The notes under the pieces: generated by a model
Told to the model about the DNA's origin: nothing
Databases searched by the model: none
What the model saw: only the letters and a program-made list of their open reading frames with translations
Assembly (NCBI GenBank): GCA_041739675.1
Contig: JBGSNL010000020.1
Location: 1 to 34,421 of the forward strand
Direction of reading: 5' to 3'
Source: a bacterium
Lineage (GTDB): Bacteria > UBA10199 > 2-02-FULL-44-16 > DYJF01
Length of the DNA stretch: 34,421 bases
In this document: positions 18,480 to 26,594 of the stretch, in pieces
Position numbering within the stretch: the first letter of the stretch is position 1
Layout: each line of letters starts with the position of its first letter
Position numbers and translations under genes: made by a program

Positions 18480-18672
18480 AATTCCTACCGTCCCATAGTT
18501 GGGGTGGACGGTAAGTACTCGTCGTTATTAGTGAAATCTTAAAATGGAACCCGTAGCGGAAATCCGGTCTGGAAAGGAGGTGCCCTCTCAAAGGCCATCC
18601 GCGAAAAGCTGTTCATATGAGCACTCGTCTTACGAGCGCTCGAGAAAAGAAACCAAAAGGAGAGGATACACA
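18480..18672 (+). promoter_or_regulatory. Long structured 5' leader (candidate cis-regulatory RNA)
   Basis: Stems TACCGTCC/GGACGGTA (18486-18513), GCGGA/TCCGC (18556-18602) enclosing GGAAAGGAGGTG, and GAGC-A-CTCGT/ACGAG-C-GCTC (18619-18641). Confidence 0.5.
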
Positions 18673-19866
18673 ATGAAGAAATATACAATAGCAATATTGG
18701 CCCTGGCTATTGCGGCATTCGTTGCCACATCAGCACAGGCCGAAGAGAAGTACGTAGCCGGCGGTTTTGAAGCAGCCGGTCACGTGATGGCTGGCGGCGG
18801 TTGGACACATTTCACCAACAATACGCCAGCGGGAACCAGCTATTTCCCGACAGACGGTGATTACGTTTACTTCCCCGGCGTATTGGGCAAGTATTTGAAT
18901 CCTGTCTACGCAGGCCCGAAGAGCGATCAGTTCGAGTTCTTCGTTGACGAAGTTGAGTTGGATCTTATGAAGTCCTTCGGTGAGAACGTAAGACTGCGCG
19001 CGGATTTGGATTTCGGCCGCTCCGCTTCTTCCGGCCCGTTCCAGCCGGCGTTCGTGCTTGAGCAGGCTTATGCCACGGCCAACATCCCTGTTGGAAATGG
19101 CATTGAATTCATGCTCGGCCGTTTCAACACACCGATCGGATTCGAATCAGTTGACGTTCCCGAGAACGACACGATCTCCAAGTCAGTTCTGGTAGCTGGC
19201 CTTCGTCCGGCTAACACGACCGGCGCGAAGATCTATTATTCGTTTTCCGACCTGGTTGACCTGCATTTCTACATCGTCAACAGCTTGACCCAGGACAGCA
19301 ATTTCAAGGTTAACTCGATTCCGTCGTTCGGTCTTCGCTTAGGCTTCAATTGGGGCGAAGAGGGCAACGAGAGCACGTTCGGTATCTCCCCCTTCTTCGG
19401 ACCGGAAACACGCTTCTCCAATAAGCACTTCACCTACGGTGGAGATCTCGATTTGAACTGGTGGATCACGGATGCATTCGCACTCGGAGCAGAAGGTCTG
19501 TTCCGCCGCGACGATGCCCCGACCGCCACGAACGGCGTAGTCCCGAACGTCAACAACACGTACATCGCCGGTTTGCTCAACCTGCACTATGCATTCTCCG
19601 ATGTGTGGGATGGGACACTGAAGTTCGCGTTCGCGAAGCAGTATCAGTCATGCAACGGCTTCATCGCGATACCTGGCGATACGCTGTGGATGAACCTGAC
19701 GGGCGCGCAGCAGTCGATCTATCAGACATCTTTGGCCGGCGGATATGAAGTTGCCGACGGAGCGAAGATGAAGATGGAAGGCCGCTTCGACATCATCAAC
19801 CCAGCTGGACCGAGCAACACGTATTACAACTACGGCTTGGCACTGGCATTCGCTTACAACTTCTAA
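18673..19866 (+). CDS. Outer-membrane beta-barrel porin (BBP2/OmpL-like)
   Basis: SD AGGAGAGG; signal peptide MKKYTIAILALAIAAFVATSAQA; LEQAY and GRFNTPIGFE motifs; C-terminal ALAFAYNF beta-signal. Confidence 0.85.
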   Translation: MKKYTIAILALAIAAFVATSAQAEEKYVAGGFEAAGHVMAGGGWTHFTNNTPAGTSYFPTDGDYVYFPGVLGKYLNPVYAGPKSDQFEFFVDEVELDLMKSFGENVRLRADLDFGRSASSGPFQPAFVLEQAYATANIPVGNGIEFMLGRFNTPIGFESVDVPENDTISKSVLVAGLRPANTTGAKIYYSFSDLVDLHFYIVNSLTQDSNFKVNSIPSFGLRLGFNWGEEGNESTFGISPFFGPETRFSNKHFTYGGDLDLNWWITDAFALGAEGLFRRDDAPTATNGVVPNVNNTYIAGLLNLHYAFSDVWDGTLKFAFAKQYQSCNGFIAIPGDTLWMNLTGAQQSIYQTSLAGGYEVADGAKMKMEGRFDIINPAGPSNTYYNYGLALAFAYNF

Positions 19867-19884
19867 GCGAAAAGGAAAGAAGTC

Positions 19885-19919
19885 AAAAAACCCCGTCCAG
19901 AAATGGACGGGGTTTTTTT
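19885..19919. terminator. Bidirectional intrinsic terminator
   Basis: AAAAAACCCCGTCCA-GAAA-TGGACGGGGTTTTTTT between the convergent porin and radical SAM genes. Confidence 0.93.
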
Positions 19920-19950
19920 ATGCATGATGTCCCCTTACAAAGGGGAGGAA

Positions 19951-20901
19951 TTATCTTGATACAATTTCACTCCAGATTTCTTTCAGGAGATTGGTCGGGT
20001 GTTTCCAGGCGCGGATGGAATAGGGAACGATGCAGCCGCAGCGGTCGCAATCGGCCTTGGCGCCTATCACACAGGGCTTTTTGGGGTTGCCCTGGCAGTC
20101 CAACGCGAGACCGTGCTTAACAAAGACGCAATTTTTTCCGACAGCCCTTCCCTTGTTTTCGTGCATCATTAGTTTGAATGTCATGGGCGGGCCGCCGATG
20201 AATGAACCGTATTTCTCCCTCTTGAGGATCATGAGTTTTTGAAGAACGCGGTCCCGCTCTTCAAAGGTGAGCCACAAATCTTCTTTGACGCCCTTGATGG
20301 GGGTGAAAAAATCAAAAAGGATATGCCTGATGTTGGGAATTTGGCTCCACTCCGCAAGCAGCGCCTCGATGCAATTCACGTTGTTTCTGTGCAGACAACA
20401 CGCAATAGCAATTTGCATTGAGCCGTCACCCACATTTCCCAAATTCTCCTTAATCTTCGCGTACGTCCCCTTGCCACGGACCTTGTCGTGAAACTCTTCG
20501 GTACCGTCCACGGAGATATGGAACTCCACATCTTGCCATGAGGGCAGAGACAACGTGCCGTTGGTAACGACCCTGTTTGCTTTGAAAAATTTCCGCCCTT
20601 TCTCTATGAGCCCGCAACGCAGCAGAGGCTCCCCCCCGACCCAGGTACAGCTGTAGAAGGGCTTGGGGCCCTTCTGCATCTTCTCGATTCGCGCAAGCCA
20701 CTCGTCGTCGGTAAGCTCTTTTTTGTCGTTCTGATCGTATGAGAAAAAATAACAATGTTCACACCTTAGGTTGCACTTTGAGGTTACGTCGATCGAGCAA
20801 AAGGTGTTTTTGGGGAGGGGGGCGAACATCAGGGCCACTCTTGGCAGTATTTTACCCCTCCAGAATGGGTGTTTGGCCTGCTTGACTATCTTATCCGCCA
20901 T
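19951..20901 (-). CDS. Radical SAM protein with Cys-rich C-terminal (auxiliary Fe-S) extension
   Basis: CNLRCEHC (CxxxCxxC), GGEPLL, TNGT, ISVDG...HDKVRG; C-terminal C...C...PC...DCDRCGC. Start trimmed to 20901 because the longer ORF overlaps the divergent gene. Confidence 0.9.
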   Translation of the reverse strand: MADKIVKQAKHPFWRGKILPRVALMFAPLPKNTFCSIDVTSKCNLRCEHCYFFSYDQNDKKELTDDEWLARIEKMQKGPKPFYSCTWVGGEPLLRCGLIEKGRKFFKANRVVTNGTLSLPSWQDVEFHISVDGTEEFHDKVRGKGTYAKIKENLGNVGDGSMQIAIACCLHRNNVNCIEALLAEWSQIPNIRHILFDFFTPIKGVKEDLWLTFEERDRVLQKLMILKREKYGSFIGGPPMTFKLMMHENKGRAVGKNCVFVKHGLALDCQGNPKKPCVIGAKADCDRCGCIVPYSIRAWKHPTNLLKEIWSEIVSR

Positions 20902-20950
20902 AGGGTATGGACGCTTAACCCATAGGCCGCACCCAAGGCAAGGAGAATTA

Positions 20951-23281
20951 ATGGGACTTCTGGGACTAAATCCGAAATTGTGGATCACATTGGGGCCCAT
21001 TGTGGCCATCAATATAATCCTTTTTATTTCTCTTTTGGCCTACACCTTCACAAACAGGACACGTAAAAGGGATATACCTGAGGCGGCCAAACGCCATACC
21101 TCCAAATTTCTCTCGGGCCATTTTAAGGAATGGTGGGTCTTCACGACCGACCCGATCGCCAAGCTCTTCGTGCGCCTTGGCATCAGGCCGTCCACCCTCA
21201 CACTCATAGGATTCCTCTTCAGCGCCACAGCGGCTATCCTTTTTGCGAAAGGGCTTTTCGGATATGCCGGTTGGGTCATGATCTTCGGCGCGACGTTCGA
21301 TATTTTCGACGGTCGCGTGGCGCGCCTGACGGGAACGGAATCCCGGTCGGGCGCGTTCTACGATTCCGTGATGGACCGCTTCGGCGAGGGTGTCTGCTTT
21401 CTGGGGCTGGCCTTCTATTTCCACGCAAGCTGGGTCCTCTTCTTCGTGGTCGCCGGGTTAATCGGATCGATGCTCGTTTCATACACACGCGCGCGCGGCG
21501 AGAGCGTTGGAATCATCTGCAAGGGCGGCTCGATGCAGCGCCCGGAGCGCATCGTTTACTTAGGCGTCTCCTCCGTTTTCGATCCCATCTCTTCGATACT
21601 GCTTCTCAACTGGTTTACGGCGCCACCCCCGGTTCTGGTCATCGGCGCCATCATTATAATAGCTGTGATGACCAACATTACGGCGATCCATCGGATGATA
21701 TATATAATGAATGCCCTCGACACATCGGACAAGAGCGATCGCGAAACAATTCCGCAGCTTTTGACAAGACTTTCGACCCCCGAAGGGAGAGAGGCGTTTT
21801 TTTCCAAGGCAAGATACGGCTATGACAGAAGCAGGGCCTCTTTCGAGCACGTGATTTTGTTCCTTTTGGACGGTGCGGATCGTGAAGTGATCGCCGATCT
21901 CGCGCGCCGCGGCCAAATGCCCAACGTCTCGGAGCATCTTTTGGCCAGAGGAGGCATGTATGAGGCCGTCAGTGCATTTCCATCCACGACCGGCCCGGCG
22001 TTCACGCCTTTCGTGACGGGATGTTTTCCGGGAACGTGCAACCTGCCGGCAGTGAAGTGGTTTGACAGGTCCATTTCCTCGGCGCGCGTTCTGGCGCTCA
22101 ACCGTTTTCGCGATTATATCGGATGGGGCGCGTACGCGATGGATTACGATCTTTCAAAATCGGTCAGGACTATTTTTGAATATTCCCGCCGTGCGATGAA
22201 TATTTTCGGACCGCTCAATCGCGGTTGCGGAATCATCAGGGACCCGGCGTTCTTCCGCCTCCATTCGATTTTCAGAAGGGCGCGAAAAGATACGGACCTG
22301 GCGGAACTTGAAGGAGTCGCGTTCCAGTGGTTTGAAGACGCGATGTGGCGCGATACGGATTTTGTCTTCTACTCGTTCCCCTCGGTGGACGTTGCCGGCA
22401 TCCACAGGGATAAAGACGCCATACATGAGGCATACCGCAGATTCGACGCCGTCCTCGGAAAGGCCGTGGCCCTTTTGAAGGAGCACGGAAAATACGACCA
22501 GACGGCGATTCTCATAGCTAGCGATCACGGCCACGGCGTTCACGAGCGCTCGTTCGATCTTTCCGGCTTCTTGAGTGCGCGCATGCCCACGCTTCGCTAT
22601 CCCGCAAAGGCGCGCTTGTGGCAGGAGGCGAAAGCGATCCCGCTCGTTTCCGGCACGTCGATGGCACATCTCTATCTCAGAAAGGGAAGCGACTGGACGG
22701 AAAAATGTCTTTTCGAGGACATTGAGCGGACGGGCCTTGTGGGAGCGCTGCTGGAGAAAAACGAGATAGACATCATCGCGGGAAGGAGCGCCGAGGGAGG
22801 CGTTGGCGTCTTGAGCCGGAGGGGAAGGGCCCATCTTGTGGAAGACGCGGACGGCAGGATCACCTATCGGACGACCGGCGGCGATCCGTTCGGCTTCGGT
22901 GAGATCCCGCAGGTAATAGATTCGGAAACCGCTTTCTCCCTGACATCGAAATCGGATCATCCCGACTCAATCATGCAGGTGCTGCAGCTTTTCAGATCGC
23001 CCAGAACCGGCGATATCGTGATAAGCGCGGCCGCAGGCTGCTCGCTCGAGGAGCGCAGAAAAACGGTCTCAACACACGGTTCTCTATTACGCCAACATCT
23101 GTCCGTGCCTTTCCTGTCCAGCGTTCCCATAAAGCGGGATTTAGTGAGGACGGTCGATGTGTTCGCGTTTATACTCGACATTCTGGGGATCGACACGGAG
23201 CACAAACTTGACGGTGAAGCATTGGAGCGATCAAGTCGCCACATTGACAGCCAACTCAAAACTGCTATAGACGGTTTATAA
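20951..23281 (+). CDS. Fusion of a CDP-alcohol phosphatidyltransferase (PIP/AIP-synthase-like) and an alkaline-phosphatase-superfamily (NPP-like) domain
   Basis: SD AAGGAG. N-half: DIFDGRVAR...GAFYDSVMD signature, SYTRARGE, QRPERI. C-half: LLDG, FPSTT, DVAGIH, ASDHG, THG. Confidence 0.88.
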   Translation: MGLLGLNPKLWITLGPIVAINIILFISLLAYTFTNRTRKRDIPEAAKRHTSKFLSGHFKEWWVFTTDPIAKLFVRLGIRPSTLTLIGFLFSATAAILFAKGLFGYAGWVMIFGATFDIFDGRVARLTGTESRSGAFYDSVMDRFGEGVCFLGLAFYFHASWVLFFVVAGLIGSMLVSYTRARGESVGIICKGGSMQRPERIVYLGVSSVFDPISSILLLNWFTAPPPVLVIGAIIIIAVMTNITAIHRMIYIMNALDTSDKSDRETIPQLLTRLSTPEGREAFFSKARYGYDRSRASFEHVILFLLDGADREVIADLARRGQMPNVSEHLLARGGMYEAVSAFPSTTGPAFTPFVTGCFPGTCNLPAVKWFDRSISSARVLALNRFRDYIGWGAYAMDYDLSKSVRTIFEYSRRAMNIFGPLNRGCGIIRDPAFFRLHSIFRRARKDTDLAELEGVAFQWFEDAMWRDTDFVFYSFPSVDVAGIHRDKDAIHEAYRRFDAVLGKAVALLKEHGKYDQTAILIASDHGHGVHERSFDLSGFLSARMPTLRYPAKARLWQEAKAIPLVSGTSMAHLYLRKGSDWTEKCLFEDIERTGLVGALLEKNEIDIIAGRSAEGGVGVLSRRGRAHLVEDADGRITYRTTGGDPFGFGEIPQVIDSETAFSLTSKSDHPDSIMQVLQLFRSPRTGDIVISAAAGCSLEERRKTVSTHGSLLRQHLSVPFLSSVPIKRDLVRTVDVFAFILDILGIDTEHKLDGEALERSSRHIDSQLKTAIDGL

Positions 23282-23881
23282 ATGACAAAGAAAACGAAAT
23301 CAGCCGATGTGAAGACGGGTGAACTGGCCCTTGAACAAGCTGTCGACACCTTTATACAGGGCGCGGGGAAGGTATCTTCCGCGCTTCTCGGGATGATCAA
23401 CAAGGCGGGCGGCCAGATTTACGCGCTTCTCTTCCTGAGCGACGAACCGCTCTCGCTGGACGAAATATCAAAGCGCCTTGGAATCAGCAAAAGCAACGTA
23501 TCAATCAACATCCGGCTCCTTGAAGACTTCAGCCTCGTACGCAAGGTCTGGGTGAAGGGCTCCAGAAAAGACTACTACGCGGCGGAACGCATCTATCCAA
23601 AAAAAGTTCTGGGTGATTTTCTTGGAAAGATACGGGGAACGATAGGCGATGCAATTACAACAATTGAGCGCACGCGCGCCAAGGCCACGGAGGCCAAGGT
23701 TCTCCTTGACGGTTCGCACCGCGAGAGAATCGAGTTTATCTTAAACCAGCTCACGCTCATGGGCCTTTTTTATTACGCAGCGAACAAATTTTTTGACGAT
23801 TTTTTTGCCGGGAAACCCGTCAACACGGAGTTGCTCCGGCGCGTGATACTGAACCCGGAGCAGTTCCAGCCCAAGAAATAA
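23282..23881 (+). CDS. GbsR/MarR-family transcriptional regulator
   Basis: GQIYALLFLSDEPLSLDEISKRLGISKSNVSINIRLL...VRKVWVKGSRKDYY winged-HTH pattern; ATG directly follows the upstream stop. Confidence 0.88.
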   Translation: MTKKTKSADVKTGELALEQAVDTFIQGAGKVSSALLGMINKAGGQIYALLFLSDEPLSLDEISKRLGISKSNVSINIRLLEDFSLVRKVWVKGSRKDYYAAERIYPKKVLGDFLGKIRGTIGDAITTIERTRAKATEAKVLLDGSHRERIEFILNQLTLMGLFYYAANKFFDDFFAGKPVNTELLRRVILNPEQFQPKK

Positions 23882-26590
23882 CTAAAATAAGTATCCAAAC
23901 GTCAGATGAAATCTGCCGAAACTTTCGCCGGCCTTCCGGTCGAGTTTGATGCCGTAATCCGCGCGGATGGGGCCCACGGGCGTGGCGTAGCGAAGGCCGA
24001 AACCCGCCGATTCGCGGATCGTGTCCCAGCCGATTGAAGAGTAATCGTTGGTCAAACTTCCCATATCGAAGAAGAACGCCCAGCTGAAATGGCTGAAAAG
24101 GCGGATCCGGAGCTCCTCATTGTATATCCACCTCACCCTTCCTCCGACGGGATTGCCGCTGGCATCGACGGGACCGATATCGTCCTGGCCGTAACCGCGG
24201 ATCGTGTCGTCGCCTCCCAAAAACAGAAGATACGTCGTCGGAACGCTGACATTTTTGCCGAATGTCTGGATGTTGTTGAAACGAAGCATGCTCGATAAAG
24301 TGAAGCGCTTCCAGAAGGTCAGGTCGTTTTCGCCCATCCAGTTGAATTGGACGAAATTAGCATGGGCCCCGCCGATCTCATCGAAAAAGTCTGCACCGCC
24401 CAGTGTGTACCATCCCTTTTTCGGATTGGAGAAGCTGTCGCGCGTGTCGTAGCTGGCCGAGAGCGAGTTCTTGGCCGTCGTATTGTTTCTCAAGCTCTCC
24501 TGATCCGCCGCCGTGGCGTTTCCTTCCACCAGATAATTGCGGTCGAGCTCGGATTTAAAAAAGAAACCGAAGCTTCTGTAACGACGGAAAAAACTCACTG
24601 AGCCAGCGAGCTGCACATAATCGAAGGCCGGCATGATCTCATGTTGCATCCATCCTATCACGGACATTTCGAAACTCGAACCGACAAGCGCCGGATCGCG
24701 CCAACCCACTTCACCGCGCGTTATCCTTTTTCCGCCGGTCAGCTTGAAATTCGTGTGTTTCGCCCAGCCGAACGAATTCAAATTGGTGAACGAAAGCGAG
24801 CCTGCGAAGGAATAATCGGTTGAGTAACCAAACTGCAGATCCACGAGAAACGGCTTCTGCTCGTCAACGCTCACAAGCACATGCGCTGTCGAAGCTTTGT
24901 CCGCAATTCCCAGCGTTTCGACAGTCACGGCTGAAAAAGCGCCCAACCGTCTGAGCTTGAGCTGACTCTCGATAATTTTTTTGCGGCTGAAAAGTTCACC
25001 GGTGCTGATCCCCATCGCGCTCCTTATGGCTTTCTGGCTGGTGAGCACGTCGCCCGCTATTAGTATCTGCCCGAACCTGACTTCCTTACCCTCTTCTATG
25101 CTGTAAAAAATATCGACTGTGTTTGCAGATTCGTCGCGGACAATTGTTTGATCGATTTTAGCGTAGGGATGGCCGTGATCGGCGTAGTAGTCAAGCAGGC
25201 GCAGCTTGTCATCGGGCATGGCAAGTTCATTGAAGGGTTTTTCCGGTTTTACCTTAAGAACCTTCAAGAGACGATGCGAAGACGCGCTCTCGTTCCCTTC
25301 AAATTCGACATTTTTCACAATGGTTTGTGGACCTTCGACAATGGGGATTTTGACATCGAGATCGAAACCCTGTTCCGTGGGTTTCACATCCCAGCTCCCG
25401 ACTTCCGTTCCAAGGTAGCCTTCACTTTTATAAACCTGCCGGATAGCGTCCGAATCTTTTTCCTCGAGTTCCGGATCGAACGCCCCCTTGTAACCGAATG
25501 CGCGCTGCTCTGTGGCTATCGCCTTCCTCAAGCGCTTTCCGCCCACGTTCTCGTTGCCCTCAAAATCTATGCGCTTGACGATCCGTGATTTTCCCTCATC
25601 TATGAAAAAGGAGATGACTATTGTGCCGTCTTTTTGAGTCTTTGACTCTGTCTCCACTTTGACATCGGGGTAGCCGATGTTCCTGTACGCATCTTTTATC
25701 GCATCGACGGAGGCCTCGATCTCGAAGGAATCGTAGCTTCCCTCTTTGAAAATGGTGATCGTCTTTCTGAGCTTGTTTTTACTTATACGGTGGTTGCCGA
25801 CGAATTTCGCCTTCACATGCGGCCCTTCATCCACGCCAATGACCACATCCGCGCGGTTCAAATCATAATCCACGTCTTTTTTTAAAATTGTGATCCTGGC
25901 CCGGGGATAGCCGTGCAGCCGGTAAAATTCAGAAAGGCTTCGAAGCGACCTTTTGAGCCTCAACTCCGAATACGGCCGCCACGAACCTATCGCGGACGTG
26001 AAGCGCCCCTTCGGGTAGGCTCGGTTCCCCTGAATCTCTATCTTTCGATACCTGATCAAATCCCCGCGCTTGATATGGAAAGTAATAGCGACACCGTTCT
26101 TGACCGGCTCATCCTGCTCTTCTGTGTAGGCCTCCATGCCGACGTAACCCTCACGCTCGTAAAATCCTCTGATGCGCTCCAGTTGTTCCTCAATGCGTTT
26201 GGGCGAGTAGACTTCTCCCGTGTGAATGGTCAAATACTTGAGAACCTTGTTTTCGAGATACGGATAATTGCCGACGACATCTATGTTTGTGATAACCCTC
26301 GCGTCTCCGAATGATATTTCAACCACAACGCCTTCGTCAGAATCGAGAATCCTCGCTTCGATTGTCGAAAACACCCCCCATTTTCTGAGATAGCCTATCC
26401 CGCGATCCAGGTCTTCTATGCGGAATTCGTCGCCGACTTTGAAGGGCAGAACACCCTGAATCTCCGCTTCTTCAACACCTGTAAGGTTTTTGAAACAAAT
26501 GTCAGCGATAGTCTCGCCCATAGCGAGGCACGGCCACGCCGCTTCCATGGCAAGAAGAAACACTATTGCTACTACTTTGATCCCCCTCAT
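23882..26590 (-). CDS. Omp85-family outer-membrane assembly factor (BamA/TamA-like) with seven POTRA repeats
   Basis: Signal peptide; seven POTRA-like units (I.F.GN...Y...GY...I.EG); barrel with GGDDTIRGY, FFDMG, GFGLRYATPVGPIRADYG; terminal F. Confidence 0.93.
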   Translation of the reverse strand: MRGIKVVAIVFLLAMEAAWPCLAMGETIADICFKNLTGVEEAEIQGVLPFKVGDEFRIEDLDRGIGYLRKWGVFSTIEARILDSDEGVVVEISFGDARVITNIDVVGNYPYLENKVLKYLTIHTGEVYSPKRIEEQLERIRGFYEREGYVGMEAYTEEQDEPVKNGVAITFHIKRGDLIRYRKIEIQGNRAYPKGRFTSAIGSWRPYSELRLKRSLRSLSEFYRLHGYPRARITILKKDVDYDLNRADVVIGVDEGPHVKAKFVGNHRISKNKLRKTITIFKEGSYDSFEIEASVDAIKDAYRNIGYPDVKVETESKTQKDGTIVISFFIDEGKSRIVKRIDFEGNENVGGKRLRKAIATEQRAFGYKGAFDPELEEKDSDAIRQVYKSEGYLGTEVGSWDVKPTEQGFDLDVKIPIVEGPQTIVKNVEFEGNESASSHRLLKVLKVKPEKPFNELAMPDDKLRLLDYYADHGHPYAKIDQTIVRDESANTVDIFYSIEEGKEVRFGQILIAGDVLTSQKAIRSAMGISTGELFSRKKIIESQLKLRRLGAFSAVTVETLGIADKASTAHVLVSVDEQKPFLVDLQFGYSTDYSFAGSLSFTNLNSFGWAKHTNFKLTGGKRITRGEVGWRDPALVGSSFEMSVIGWMQHEIMPAFDYVQLAGSVSFFRRYRSFGFFFKSELDRNYLVEGNATAADQESLRNNTTAKNSLSASYDTRDSFSNPKKGWYTLGGADFFDEIGGAHANFVQFNWMGENDLTFWKRFTLSSMLRFNNIQTFGKNVSVPTTYLLFLGGDDTIRGYGQDDIGPVDASGNPVGGRVRWIYNEELRIRLFSHFSWAFFFDMGSLTNDYSSIGWDTIRESAGFGLRYATPVGPIRADYGIKLDRKAGESFGRFHLTFGYLF

Positions 26591-26594
26591 GTCA

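Noticed and set aside
18556..18602. Glycine or c-di-GMP riboswitch
   Set aside because: Only fragments resemble them; the conserved core sequences and architecture are absent.
18544..18672. 43-aa N-terminal extension of the porin ORF
   Set aside because: The signal peptide and a strong SD point to ATG 18673; ATG 18544 has no SD. Treated as leader RNA.
20771..21012. Apparent head-to-head overlap of the radical SAM and fusion ORFs
   Set aside because: Artefact of longest-ORF calling; starts at 20901 and 20951 remove the overlap.
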